Assembly: GCF_009914755.1 (NCBI RefSeq)
Contig: NC_060940.1
DNA: 64,000 nucleotides
DNA from: the human T2T-CHM13v2.0 reference genome, Homo sapiens
Direction: 5' to 3' (one strand)
The notes beneath the pieces are model-generated. The model was not told the DNA's origin, did not search any database, and worked only from the letters and a program-made list of their open reading frames with translations. Positions 30,350-47,365 of the stretch are shown piece by piece. Positions within the stretch are counted from its first letter, which is position 1; the number at the start of each line of letters is the position of its first letter. Position numbers and translations under genes: made by a program.

Positions 30350-30655
30350 CTCACAGGAGTCTTTCCTGGCTATCCTGTCCAAAGTCACTACTCACAATTT
30401 CTCTATCCCATAACTCTATTTTATTTCTCTGTCTAGCACTTATCACTATCTGATATTTTCTGTCTATCCATCCGTCTATTCATTCATTCATTGCTAATTT
30501 ATTAGTATTGCCTTCCCATGAACTATTAGCTGCCAGAGAGCAGGGACCTCATCTGTCCTGTCCACTCATGTCTTCAGCACTTAGAACAGTACCTGGCATA
30601 TAGGATGAGCTTCAGAAATATTTGCAGGTGAGTGAATGAGGGAGTGAATGAATGA
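30350..30655 (+). mobile_element. L2a LINE 3' end
   Basis: 'gagagcagggacctcatctgtc...cagcacttagaacagtacctggcatatagg...aaatatttg...gaatgaatga'. Confidence 0.85.
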
Positions 30656-30837
30656 GGGATTTGCAGCTTGAACGCTGTACTTTGAAACAGTTCCAGATTC
30701 ATGAAATTTCTTTTTAATGCAGAAGATTTCTTATGTGAGTAACTGAATGGGAATTGATGCTTTGTGGAATGAAATGGATTGAGTACAGAGTGTGGGATCA
30801 AGAACTATTAGGCACTGTGAGTATAAGAGGGAAACCA

Positions 30838-31226
<389 letters not shown>

Positions 31227-32755
31227 TTAGGTAGTAAGATAGTGGTTCACACCAAAAACATAGAAAATGATCACTTAGCCTGATCCACAAGTTCAGGAAA
31301 GGGCTCTGAGCAGGAGATGGAAGACCTCTTGGCTGGTTAAATGGAGATCAAGTGGCAGCTTGGACTCCTGCTGCAATTAAAAAATTACTCTCCAGTTTTC
31401 TTCATGTGCCTCCCCATTCACTCCACCACCACTCACCCCAAATCAGATCATGATTCATTTGGGTTGTACCGATTAAGAGGGTTCCCTTTACATGACCATT
31501 CCAGTCATGAAACAGAGAATCTGGTCACCTGTCCTTTATCTTGGCTGGTCCAATTCCATAAGAAGTAAATGCTGTGTGTCTGCGATTCAAAAGACCCCTT
31601 TCACGGGAGGCTGGGAGATTTTTCCATCTAAATAGCTTAATTGTTACTCTACAGGGCAATCATAAATGTAAATCGACTTAATATGACTTGATTGTTAGTA
31701 ATGACTGTCCCTCTAATGACGCTGGCCAATGAGCCTACACAGAATGTCGCATGCAGATCAATGAGCCAAATGTTAGCAGGGGACTGGGCATTTGAAGATT
31801 TAAAAAAATGAAAAATTGCACTGTGACATTGCTGGTTCCTATTAGCAAAATAACAGACAGTGTTATCAGTCATTGACTCAGAAGATAGTTTCTTACCGTT
31901 TGGGGAAAGTGCTTGTCTATTCCTCTCCAAAGCCATTTTAAAAAAAAAATTGCACCAGTTCTCATCCCATCATCTGCCTTGATCAAACATTTGCTTATTG
32001 GAATCACTTCGAAAAGGAACTTGGTATCGTTCACATGTGTTTATAACTCTCAAATCTTCTTCTTCCAATTTTTAATCTTGATCACCACAGCTTTATAACA
32101 GGAAGAACGCTCAAAGAAGAAAAATAGAAGAAGCCTGAATTTTAATTTGCTATTTCTTCACACACAAAACACCCCAAGCTCAATCAATGCCCAGAAATGA
32201 AGGCCAATAGATGATAGTGGGGCCTCAGATTTCCCACCTATTGTTTTGAACTCTAATTAGGGAAAGGGAATTTGGAACCATTGTCTTCTCTGAGTGTGCA
32301 GACACGATGTTATCATTGTGTTTACAGAGGTGGTCAGATTCCCATCACAGTGTACTCCCGCACAGATAACCGTCCCATCTTGATAAAACAATGCTCTCAG
32401 CCGAATCCTAAACACGCTGCACAAGGAAGACCTTATGCTGACAGTAGGGAGGAAGCGACATGTTAACAAACAAGTTTGCCGGCCAGGAAGTTTTAATCAG
32501 CCCTTTCTACTGCAGGGGGTATGATGGATGGAGACCCTGTTTCAGAGGGGTTTCCTTTAGATAAAACAATAATACCATGCTTTCAAGAAGCTCGTTCGAC
32601 AGCTGTAAAGCTATGATTAATCCCCCAAAAGTCAAACATGGGAAGACTGGCAAGATGAGATTATTCACTGGGTATAATTAGCCACAATTATCGCTAAAGA
32701 GAATTTGGGGAGATTCTGCTCTAAAGGGAAAAGCTTTGTAAAGGAGAATTACCAG

Positions 32756-32892
32756 TAGAGTGACCTTATAATTTACCATCCAATGGATTTTGAATACTTT
32801 TGAGAGAGAAATGAGATACTGATAATAATTATACCAAGACAACAGACATAAATTGGGATTGGCCTAGACGAGCAAAGATGAATGGTCATTCT
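32756..32892. mobile_element. MER94-like hAT-Blackjack MITE
   Basis: Terminal inverted repeats tagagtgacc...ggtcattct; internal 'cttttgagag...aataattataccaagacaacagacataaa'. Confidence 0.7.
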
Positions 32893-33279
32893 GTCTGTTA
32901 GTAAAATTCCATCCCAGGCACAATATCTCAGACTTGAAACAAAATAAAAGTGATTCTTTCTAGGATAAACTCTAAACTAAGTGTCTGATAAATTCTGGGA
33001 AAGTTTATCCAATTGTTACAACCCAGGGTCAGGAAAACTGTTTTCAATTTTCTGCTGTATGAAGTTGCCAGTGTTAAACCCTTTTGATAGCAAGTAGAAG
33101 AAATGTTCATTCAAACAGGCTTAATTAACTGAAAGATATAGGTGTGGTAAGGGGATCAGGTAAAGCTTGACCCAGGGGCTAAACTTTAAGGACCTGGTTC
33201 CCCTCTTTTCATCCCTTGGTTTTATTTTTCTCAGCATTGGCACCATTTTGTGACAAGCTCACTCCTTGGGTCTTATGAC

Positions 33280-33580
33280 AAATGTTGACTCTTCTAAACC
33301 ACATCTTTCCAGATTCAATATAGTAGGAGAAGACCAGACTTGCTCTTTTCCTGGAATTTAGTCTGACGTGGCTGGGACAACATGCCCACTCTCAACTAAT
33401 TTTTGTAGCCATGGAGATTTGGAAGTCTGGCAAGTCTTGGGTCACATGATCTACCTTACAGCTGTTACTGCAGACCTCCCAAAGCTCACGAACTGAGAGT
33501 CAGGAGGCGTGGTTCCCCTAACTCAAATCAGAATTTCGTTATCAAAAGAAGAGAGGGATGGTTCTGTGGTGTCCCACACT
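33280..33580 (-). mobile_element. Old MLT1 LTR fragment
   Basis: 'gtcttgggtcacatg' and 'tggttcccc...aaatcag...tcaaaagaagagagggatgg'. Confidence 0.5.
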
Positions 33581-34160
33581 CAAATAAACATCCTTTAAAT
33601 ACCTCTAGATGCTTATAATTCCTGTTGCAGCCTTAGTCAGTGGGAGCCACTGACCTGCATTCGTGTAGGAACTGAGCAAGGTTCATCTAGTCTCGGTAGC
33701 TAGCTACCCCGAGAGCTGGCTGATTTTTTTTTTCTTAAATTTAATTCAAGACTTCATGAAGTCAACAAAATGGTCTGTTGGAAATTATTCCTAACCCCCA
33801 ACCACTGTCACTGCCACAATCAAACATATTTTCATTCTTTTGCAGCTGCAGCCCTTCTACTTGAACTTTCCCACTCATTGCCCTTATAACTTGCCATTTA
33901 ATATCTCTTGCTTTCCTACATGGCTGTGACTACTCGTGGGCAGGGACTGTATCTCCTGTTTTTGGTAGTGCCTCCAGAACCAAACACCATATGTCATAAG
34001 GTCTATTAATAAATATCTGCTAGTTTTTAAAGTTTGAGAAAAACCCGTATTGTGGAATGAAAATGATACTGACAAGGAATACATCTAGATCAGAAATACT
34101 GATATCGTAAGTGAGATCTTGTTTTTTAAAACAAAAAAAAGTTTAAGAAATTGTCATATA

Positions 34161-34475
34161 GGCTGGGCGTGGTGGCTCACACACATAATCTTAGCACTTT
34201 GGGAAGTTGAGTCAGGAGGGCCACTTGAGGCCAGGAGTTTGAAACCAGACTGGGCAACACAGTGAGACCCCACCTCTACAAAATATTTTAAAATTAGCCA
34301 GGCGTGGTGGTGCATGCTTGTAGTCCCAGCTACTCAGGAGGCTGAGGTGGGAGGATAGGAGGCTGAGGTGGGAGGATCACTTGAGCCCAGGAGGTTGAGG
34401 CTGCAGTGAGCTGTGATTGCACCAGCCTGGGTGACAAAGTGAGACCTTGTCTCAAAGATAAAAGAAAGAAAGAAA
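34161..34475 (+). mobile_element. AluJ SINE with an internal 21-bp tandem duplication
   Basis: Full dimer; aggaggctgaggtgggaggat repeated at 34336-34377. Confidence 0.95.
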
Positions 34476-35384
34476 GCCCTATCAAAATTTTAAAAAATAA
34501 AACATAAGAAAAAAATAAATGGATACATGATATTTGTACTTCTAAGAGGCATCTTCTATACATTTCCTGTTTCTCTCTTCCTTTTCCTAAGGAGTCCTTG
34601 TTGATTTGTGGCCATGAAACCTCTCTCCTTTCCAGGCTGGCTTCTTACCTAGGTCGTGTCCTATCCCTTTATTTTCTGGCAGGGCTGGACTGTCACTTGG
34701 TTGTTCTCGGTTTCAGGACCCACGTCTTTTGTCTCTGTAATGAATGTGTTCAGAGGTCTCTGCACAGAGAAGCTGGCTGTTAGGAAAACTATTTCTTCTT
34801 TCCGAGACAGGCTGCAAAATGCTTGTTACTATTTTGTGTATTCCTGGCAGGATTTGTATTCTTAGTTTTATTACTAATGATAATAACAGTTAATGTTGAA
34901 ATCAGCTTCATCCTGAAAGCACTGCATCCATTATCTTATTCTAGTCTCAGGCCCTGGAGGAATTTTCTCTCACTATACCCATTTCAGAAATTCCAGAATT
35001 AATGCTCGGAGGAGTCAAGTTACTTGTCTAAGCTCTATATTACAGAACTTAAATTGGCTTCTCTCTTTCCTTTGCGGGGTCTCACATGATCCGTCGTTCC
35101 AAATATGAGCACTTTCTCTTGTCTTTTCTGAGCTACCTATTCCAAGAACACAGAGGAGTTGTTATTGTGGTTACTTGTGGTAAGAAGAGTACCTTCCTGA
35201 TTGGACCCAGGGCAGAAAAAAGAACTTTCAGGTGGAAATACAGTCGTGGTGTCAGGTAGTGTGTAACTTCGTTAAGTTCAGTCATAGCAGCCGCTGCCAA
35301 GGGGGGCTGTTCCTGTTCCTCATTTCCAATTGAAATTAATAACTCACTTGAGATCCTACTAAACAACACACGGAACAATGACCG

Positions 35385-35630
35385 CAATAACCAACATACT
35401 TTGAGTAACTATTACATGCATGGGCTCTGTGCTATTCTCTTATGTGTATTCATTTATTTAATTCCCTTAACAGTTCTTTCTGGCAGAGACACCCCCCCAC
35501 TCTTAGCCCACTTTTATAGATGGCTAAGCAGAGGCTCAGAGAAGTCAGACAACTCACCCAGGATCAAGCAGAGGGCAAGTGGTAGATTCTAGAATTTGCA
35601 TCCAGGCAGTTGAGTCTAGAATTGTCTTTG
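35385..35630 (-). mobile_element. MIR SINE
   Basis: 'ccacttttatagatggctaagcagaggctcagagaagtcagacaactcacccaggatca'. Confidence 0.8.
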
Positions 35631-35705
35631 TGTATTTTGCTCCATGGTCTAGCACAGGATCACCATTGGTAGATCATCACTTAGAATGCCATCACTACCT
35701 TCTAA

Positions 35706-36052
<347 letters not shown>

Positions 36053-36259
36053 TAAGTGGCTTTATTTTCTTATGTGGGGATCCTGGAGACACAGTGTGTG
36101 CCAAAGCGTCTGCAGACCAGTCTGTACAGTTGATTATAGATATATTAATGACCACTTCTGAGCTAAAAAATGATCTAGAATAATAGACTACCAAACACAT
36201 AAGCTTATTTACGGTTTGCCTCCTTCTCATGCTTTTGGAAGGGAAGCACTGAGGGTCAT

Positions 36260-36590
36260 TGTATCAGTCAGCGTAGACTAGGTTTGCCGCAGTAACAAAC
36301 GACCCCACCATGCCATAGCTTGCAAAAACAAAGACTGAGTTCTTGTCTACACTGTAGGGCCGTCAAGAGCTGGCTCTGCTTGCTCTTGGTCTTCTCCATG
36401 CCAGGATCCAGAGTAAAAGCACAGCTTCTCTCTAGGACTCCAGGGGAAAGAGAAAAGACAAGTTCTTAAAGTTTCTTCCAGGACGTGACACCTGACATTT
36501 CACTGGCCAAACACAGTGACCTGGTCACTCTGGGGCAGGGATGTGTAATCTCCCCATAGCTGGAGAAGTAAATAATAATGCACAATAACA
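36260..36590 (-). mobile_element. MLT1 (MLT1I/J-like) LTR
   Basis: 'tgtatcagtcagcgtagactaggtttgccgcagtaacaaac...acatttcactggccaaa...gtgacctgg'. Confidence 0.75.
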
Positions 36591-37689
36591 TTGTCTCCCA
36601 TGGGTGCAGATGTGATGCTTTCCTCCTTGTGACTGTTTTCTGTCTTGCTGTCCCAAGTCCTAAGGTCCCAGCCACCTATGGTTCTTTGGACCTGTGATTT
36701 TCGCTGACCCCGAATGACTGGAGGAACTGCTGCCTGCATCCCCAACCCAGCCCTCCTTATCAGTCACGTAGAAAGCAGTTATTGTTTCCAAGTTCCCTGC
36801 CCTTGTTAAATGTCAGCTTTGAGTGAAAATGTTCCTAATTTTACTCAGAGTGCAAAGAACACCCAGGTCAGGTACCTGACCTGCTTGATTCATGTCTTGG
36901 AAACACTCCTTTGTCTTTCAGAGAAAGTAAAGAGTGATGGAGACAGAGAGAGAAAGTGTGACCTACTTTTTATTATCAGCACCATTTCATCTGCAAAACA
37001 CGACTTTTCTCTTCTTGTTACGCTGAGCATGAAAATAAAATGTTTTCCAAAAGACCTGGCTTTGGCTGTTGTGAGGAAGGCCAGGGACTTGTTCAAAACT
37101 CTGATGAGCTCGATGAGCAAATGATTCCAATTTTTAAAAACTGTAATTGACTTTCAAACTGCTCTCACTGTCCACACATAATATGTGGTACTTTTCTGCA
37201 AATACCAGCAGCAAGGTAGGACAAAACCAGCTCCCACACTGGCTGTTTGCTTGATATTAAGCTTTGCCAGTCCAATATAGGTCACATTTCCAACCAGATT
37301 TTGTGCTTATCTCTACATTACACCTTGTAGCAAGGGGGAAAAAAAGAGCTTCTTGACATCTTTTTGAAGAATGGCGCTCTTTAAAAAAACATAAGGGAAC
37401 TTTTTTTTTCAAACACTGTAATGAGGGTATTCAAGTCTGCAGGCAAAACAGAGCTGTTTGAAAAGACATTAGCCTCGAAACCGCACTGTGCCAGAATAGA
37501 TACAGCTACGTCAAAATGCCGCATTTATTTTGCCATTACTTTTCACTGACTAAAACCATTTGCTAATGAAAGTTCTAGCTGCCATAATTTCAGCACCTGC
37601 TGATGGAAAGGTGGACTCACTGGTCATGGGGAGTACAGTAAAATTAGGAGAGTAGATAGAATCCTGAAGCATTTGAGCTGCAAAATCAT

Positions 37690-37935
37690 AGTAACAACAG
37701 CTCTTAATATCCTATAATTGAAAAAGAGATTGCCATTTTCAAAGACCTTTCACAGTCATTCTCTTAATCAAGTCTCATAATAAAGATGTCATTGGGACTT
37801 AGCAGCTTACTCACATTCTCATTTCACTGATGAGGAAACTGGAGCTCAGGGAGGTTACATGGATTCTGGATGACCTACAGGTCATGGAGGTAAGAGAGGA
37901 ATGGGTTCCTGGCAACTCCTTCTGAGTACTAACTG
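37690..37935 (-). mobile_element. MIR SINE
   Basis: Core 'cattctcatttcactgatgaggaaactggagctcagggaggtta'. Confidence 0.75.
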
Positions 37936-37989
37936 TTAAAGTAAGCAGAGTGTGTGTCTAAACTTCTCATGGGCTACTGTGAGGAGTAA

Positions 37990-38595
37990 GGGGTAACTGC
38001 AAGTTAGAAGGCATGATGCCCAAGATTGTCCTTACTCTGACACCCACTGCAAGTTTGAGGTGGTCCTCAAACCCATCCTCATGGCTGATATTTGCTAGAA
38101 GGACTTGTGGCACTTAGCAGAAGCTATTGTATTTACAGTTACAGTTTATTACAGGGAAAGGATACAGGTTAAAATTAGATCGGGGAAGAGACAAATGGGG
38201 CAAAGTCCAAGACAAGTACCAGATGTGAAGCTTCTATTGTCCTCTACCCATGACATCAGGACAGAATACTTTTCTACTATCTATGTGTGGCAGTATGCAT
38301 GGAATATTGTCAGACAGAGAAACTCACCTGAGCCTCTGTGTTCAGAGTATTTATTGGGTCTTCGTTGCGTAGGTGTGATTGGGTGATTGCCCACATATTT
38401 GATCTCAGCCTCCAAGTCAACTGATAACTGTGGTACAGTGTCCCTACCCTAAGCAATATTGTTGGTCCTTTAAGAATGGTTCATCTGCAACCTAAGGTTA
38501 CATGGGTGTAGTTAGGCCCCACCCTAAATCACATTAAGAGTCTCCAGAGTATGATCAGAGGTGCCCAAGCAAACAAAGACTCTTTTTTTCAGGAA
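37990..38595 (-). mobile_element. MER21-family (ERVL) LTR
   Basis: 'acagtttattacagggaaaggatacaggttaaaat', 'gaaactcacctgagcctctgtgttcagagtatttattggg' and 'caccctaaatcacatt'. Confidence 0.75.
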
Positions 38596-38619
38596 TATAT
38601 TCTGCATATATTTCAGTGA

Positions 38620-38916
<297 letters not shown>

Positions 38917-39209
38917 TCAGTGAATGTTTTTTAATTTGGAAAGGATTTTATAAGAAAGGATTCCAACTTTCCCATTTACAGAGAAGGAAGCTGAGGCTCA
39001 CAGGTTTCACTCAAACCATAAAGCTCAGGAGTAACTAAAGGAACTGGAGCTTGGGGGTCCCAGTCCTGGGCACCATTGCTAAGTAATGTGGCCTATTTTC
39101 AATAAGGGCTTATTAATCATACTAAAAATAAGAACTTAAAACTAAATTTTTATTTGCCTAGAAATCTAACATCTTTAGATAAAAATATTCCATATTCAGG
39201 AGGCATAAT

Positions 39210-39526
<317 letters not shown>

Positions 39527-40022
39527 ATCTTTCTTTTTCTTCCTCTCCTTCTACCTTGCCCACCATGGCTTAATTTCACCAGAATATCATCATTATCAAC
39601 ATCATTATTTCTAGTTCAGATCATTCTAAAAATAGAGCAGTCATTTTCTTCTATATAAGTCCCAGGTCCAGCCTGCTATTTTTTGAGCCTACCTTTCCTA
39701 ATATCTAGTTTATATTTTGTTTTGTTCTTTCTTGGGATTGGGAGTCAGAATATCAACTTTTTCAGAAAAGAGCTTTGGAAATTCTACATACATAATATAT
39801 ATAAATTTTCCATTCATAGTGTGTTAGCAGCTTTTTCTACAAATCTCTTGGCGGGTGGGGGGACATTTCACTCTTCTATGAATCAAATAATATATGGCTT
39901 TTTCCTATTGGAAAAAATTAGTCGTGTGAACTTTATTCTTCAAGAAAAAGTAGTTTTTATCTGCCTTGGAAATGTCAAAAGGATTCACGAGTTTCCAAGT
40001 GATGATCTGGGTTGATTGCTAG

Positions 40023-40362
<340 letters not shown>

Positions 40363-40659
40363 GCTAGGAACTATTAATCCATAGACAAGGCTCTGGTTAG
40401 AGAAGCAGAAAGAAGGCTGGGTAGACCGGGGAAGGTAGCTGGGAGGTCTCTGAAGCTTGGTCTTGAAGCTGTGAATTCATAGACGTCTTGGAAAAGAACT
40501 TTATAATGTGGTTAGACAAGTTTTATAAGATTTTAGGATTAGGAAGGCTTTTTTAGGGGGTGGGGTTGCTTTTAAACTTTGTTTGAAAAATGGAGCTTGC
40601 TGCCATCATATCATCATCAAAAATGGAACTTGTCTATCCACAAATATTTATTTAAAAGT

Positions 40660-40855
40660 CAGACTAATGGCAGAATGGAAAGAATCCCAGCTTTGGAGTT
40701 AAAATATCTCACTTAAAACTTGTCTTCGCTGCAGGCTACTTGGTTGTACTTGAGTAATTTACTCAAGATTCTCTTCAGCCCAGTTTCCTTATCTGTAAAA
40801 TCCTTCCACTGTTGTTAGGAGGATAAGAAAGCCAGTATTGGTAAAAACATATATC
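40660..40855 (+). mobile_element. MIR SINE
   Basis: 'gaatggaaagaatcccagctttggagt...cagtttccttatctgtaaaat'. Confidence 0.75.
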
Positions 40856-41145
40856 AGAGTCCTTTTGACTGTTTAGAAAGTGTTAATTTACTCCACGATT
40901 ATCCATTCAACATTTATTAGTTGGCTTCTGTGTGGGAGAGTAACCATTAATACCTTGACTAAGTTTATAATCTGGTCATTCTGTAGAGCTTCCTATATGA
41001 TGTCTTCTGTTTAAGTATTTCTGTAATACCTTATAGACATCTCTTTTAGACTACTAGTGATTGTTGGTGTCAACATATGTGTGAAAATGCATATATCCTT
41101 TATTAGGCTCTAGCACACAGTGTGCTCTCAATGTTTGTCTTTTCA

Positions 41146-41473
<328 letters not shown>

Positions 41474-42360
41474 CTAAGCCTGGTAGAAGCCACATGACCA
41501 AGGCTGATCATTGCTGCCACTGGGTGGCAGCATACTGGGATTGAGGAAAATAACCCCTCAACTGCCCGGATGATAAACACAGAGTTCTAAAATGGCAACA
41601 AAGGGAGATCCACCCTTCTCAGTTATTGTTTGAAAGGACAGCTCTCAGGCAAAATATGTCCACGAAGTTCCATGGAATAATTACCTTCCTTGGTGTTAAA
41701 AAATGCCCTCACATTTCAAACATGTCCTGCTTTAAGTTCCCAGCGTCTTAACCAGGAACTCGCTTATGTGTGTTGTTTTCTGCTTCTTTCCACTAGGGAG
41801 CTATTGCTGTAAAACAGAAGGGGTAGTATTACAGGGAGGAGATGCACATTTTAAAATATATTTCTGCTTCGTCAAACTGTACAGAACTCTTTTCCTCAAT
41901 GAGAACCAGGTTTTTGCATGTATCTTTTGCCAAGATTTGAGAAGGGAAGTCTCCACCTTCCAGAGCTTTGGTCATATTTTGTTTCTCTCTAAGGGTGAAG
42001 ATGCTGTTTGTTCTTGCAGGGTGAGGCTTTGGCCAATAAGAAAGCAGTGCTCAGAGGTAAAGAGCCTCGCTGAAGCCCTAGTTCTAGCCTACCAGGATTT
42101 GGTCATTTCTTGGTTTTTCATTTGATCCCACCCTTGCCTACCTTCAGAATGAAGGTAGAATGTGGGACTGTTTCAGACCATGAATGCGATTGGGCAGAAA
42201 GACTGTGAACCAAGAGGGCAGGGAGAAGGGAAGGGATGTGGGGAGAGCTAAGTGTAAATTGTAGAGTCTATGAACAATTCTGGAGACAGACAGGACAGGT
42301 AAGGAGAAACTGCTGCTCTTGGTAGAGGTTTACAGCCAATTGTAGAACCCTAAGAAAATA

Positions 42361-42633
42361 CAGCACTTTGGGAGTGGATGGACCCAAAATGGGTGGATCA
42401 TTTGAGCCCAGGAGTTTGAGACCAGCCTGGGTAACATGGCAAAACCTTACCTCTCAAAAATTTACAAGCTTAGCCAGGCATGGTGGTGCCCACTTGTGGT
42501 TTCAGCTACCTGGGAGGCTAAAGTGGGAGGATATCCTGAGCCCAGGAGGTGGAGATTGCAGTGAGCCATGCTCGTGCCATTGCATTTCAGCGTGGGTGAC
42601 AGTGAGACCCTATCTCAAAAAAAAAAAAAAAAA
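42361..42633 (+). mobile_element. AluJ SINE, 5'-truncated
   Basis: Starts at cagcactttggg; TSD cctaagaaaata on both sides. Confidence 0.93.
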
Positions 42634-43030
42634 GTTCCTAAGAAAATAAAGCCTGGCCCATGCAATTTGAATGTAACTGTCTATAATTTCTCTTGGTTAC
42701 TGAAATTCTGAGTTTGTGTCTATGGTTTCTCCATCCTTGTCTTTGAGGAGGAGCAGGATGGCGAAGTCGCAGCCATTTAAAAACTTGTTTTCAGTCATTT
42801 TGCAGAAAGCAGACGTACACTTCTTTGCTGTTGGTCTGTGATGCGGGAGTGGTTTGTCAGTTCTTTCATTCAACAAGTGCTGATCTTTGGGCAGCATACA
42901 CTGGTATGACCTTTATCATTTGTTCAGGTGTTGTGGAGAAAGTTGTTTGCTTTTGAAAGACTTGATGGAGAAAAGTCTTTCTACATTTCTAGAAAGACCA
43001 TGGGTGTGAGTATTGAGAGCTGAGTGCCAG

Positions 43031-43354
<324 letters not shown>

Positions 43355-44278
43355 TGACTGCGAGAAAGTCACTGTGATGGTTTCTCCAGCCTGAGTTTTC
43401 TCCTGTATAAAATGGACCTTGTTTTGAGGAGAGAATGAGGTATGTGGTACTCGTGAGCAGGATTTTCAATGCCTGGCTGGTTGTTACTTATCCATTTAGT
43501 CCGAGCTTCAGGGAAAGAACATGACACCGGCGTCCAGCAGAGCCTGCTCTTGGTCCACTGTTTATCCTGGTGACCTTAGGCAAGTCATTTAATTTCCTTG
43601 AGTTTTGGTGTAAGTATTGATGGAGCAGACCATCAATAACTGTTCTTATGTCTATTATTACCATGTGTCTGTCTACATGTTTGTTTGTAAATTCTCTGTG
43701 GGTAAAAGTTCTCTTTTCATCCCCTTGCCTCAGCACGGAGCCCAGAGCCAGACTGCAGGTAGGCACTCAATAGATATTTGATAAATGGATGTTAGTCATT
43801 TGATTTCTGAAGTTGCGTAGGTACCAGCACTACAACCCTATGTAGTTCACATAACTATTTGCAGTTGTATTTTCCTTTAAATCTAAATTGGAGAGAAGGA
43901 AGGTAATTAAGGCATAATTATCAGACTTAATCAAGCACTTATTTATTGAGCTTACTTGGTGCCTGGGCTTGTATCTTTTGTTTCTGATTTTTAGTTTCGT
44001 TTCATTGCTCCAGCGTGGGGGAATTTGCCTGTGTATCCTTGAATAAATGTCTTTCTTTGGAAGGCAGATTAAGTAGGGATTTCTCTTACTGTTTATTTTT
44101 GTTTCTAACTGAAGTTCAATGAATTATTCTTTTACCCAGACACTTACATATTCCTAGCCATTCCTTTTGCTTAAGTTTGCAGAGATTTGTGCTTAAAACT
44201 GAATAAACAATCTCAGGGTTTTTGTGTGTGTGTGTATGTGTGTGTGCGTGTTATATGAAGTCTTGCTAGAATGCATAA

Positions 44279-44747
<469 letters not shown>

Positions 44748-46099
44748 CCACTTTTCTTGTTGTGAATATTTTTTCCCCTTCTGAAGTGAATACTGATTTT
44801 TCGTTACAGATATTTGATGCTTTGGGGGCCTGTTAAAATAGTTGTAAATACACTTTCTAAATAGATGAAATGTAAGAAATTCTGAGAAGGGGTTTCTTTG
44901 ACTTACTGGAAAAAAAAATAATAGGAAAGAAAATGTGATCAGTTGGTATATTTGGCTCTCTTTCATCAACACTTTTATGGACCTGCATTGCAGTGTTTCT
45001 GTGATGTGTATAAAACACAGTTTCAGTGATCGTGCAAGCCTCAGTTTTAGAAGATAAAAAGATATGAACTTGAACCCAAGCTTCTCTGTCAAGAGAATTA
45101 TAATGTGTTTTGACTGTAGGCTTCCTTCGAGTTAAATTTACAGTATTTTCCCCTAACAATAACAACAACCAGAAGTGCCCCTTTAAGTTGAGATGCTTGT
45201 TAAACTTTACATGTATGCATGCATATAAATGTACATTTCTGTATATATAATATACGTTCACATATAGTTACATTAGATTTTTAAAGAATTTCCTTTTTGC
45301 CTTCAAATCATTGCACAGAACATCCAAGTAGACATCATGTCAAAATAATCAAAATGTATTTAACGCTCTCTCAAGAAATCCATTTAAGAATAAGAACACG
45401 GTTTGGGGGTGATTTTCAGACCGTAAATTGAAGTGTAAATATTCGAATTATTTTCATAAACTCTTCAGTTCTGTTGGGCTTTTATGTTATCATACAGTGA
45501 TTTTTTTTTTGTATTTAAGTTTTCTAGCAGTTCTCTTTTTTAAGAGCCTCAAGTGTCCAATAAAAAGCAAATACTTGAATTTTCAGTTTCTATATACTGC
45601 ATATTTTTTCTCCTGCTTGCCTTATTTTTATAACAGTGATTTATAAAGACATTACTAAAGAATAGGAAAGAAGGATTTTGAAGAGGAACTGCTATATAAC
45701 ACTGCTTAAAAATCTATTTCCAATGCTAAGGAGAGGAAAAAAAAATACTGGCACCGTATCCGAGTGGGATCTGGGATCCGAGTGAGATGGCCATACCTTC
45801 AGTCATTCTCCTCCCCAAATATTTATTGAGCCTGGTGGACAAGGAGGGCGGGATAAGATTGCCAGGCCCTGCTTCTATTTCTGGGGTTGGGATGGCGACT
45901 AAAGACCCGCGTGGACTGCATGCTGCAGCCAGCTCAGGAAAGATTTCAGGAAGAGCGTTTAGGAAGGCAGCTTTGAAAAGAAAATGGAAAGATGAGGTTG
46001 CAGAGGGTCAGTCCATGGTGACCAGAATCTGACCTGGGGCAATGCCATAAATCCAAGAAAGACTGGGTTTCAGGTGCAGGAAATGCGATTGTGCACGGA

Positions 46100-46950
<851 letters not shown>

Positions 46951-47149
46951 TAAATGTATCAAGGACAAAGAGCAGAATGAAAAAATGAGTGAGTAAAGTT
47001 GAGCAGAAGAACTCACTGAAAAGTCCTGGCAAGGTTCCACGGCACCTGTGATGCTTCCATCACACATATTTGCTGAGTACCCGCTGTTCATAGGTCAGTC
47101 GCTATGCAAGGCACTGAGGTGACAAAGACAAGCAGAATGACAGTTAAAT

Positions 47150-47365
47150 GTAACATGGGCTTTGTGGTCAATTAGTTCTGGGTTCGTTCCCAGGTCCTAT
47201 CACTAACTAGTACCCTTATGAACCTGGACATGTCACTAGCAGCCTCAGTTTCCTCATCCATAAGATGGGGATAGCAATATCTATCTCCTACACCTGATGT
47301 GAGTATCACATGAGAAATGCACATGAAATGTTTTACTTAGTGATGAGCATATGGTAAATAAGAAT
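47150..47365 (+). mobile_element. MIR SINE
   Basis: 'ctgggttcgttcccagg...gcctcagtttcctcatccataagatggggatagcaata'. Confidence 0.85.
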
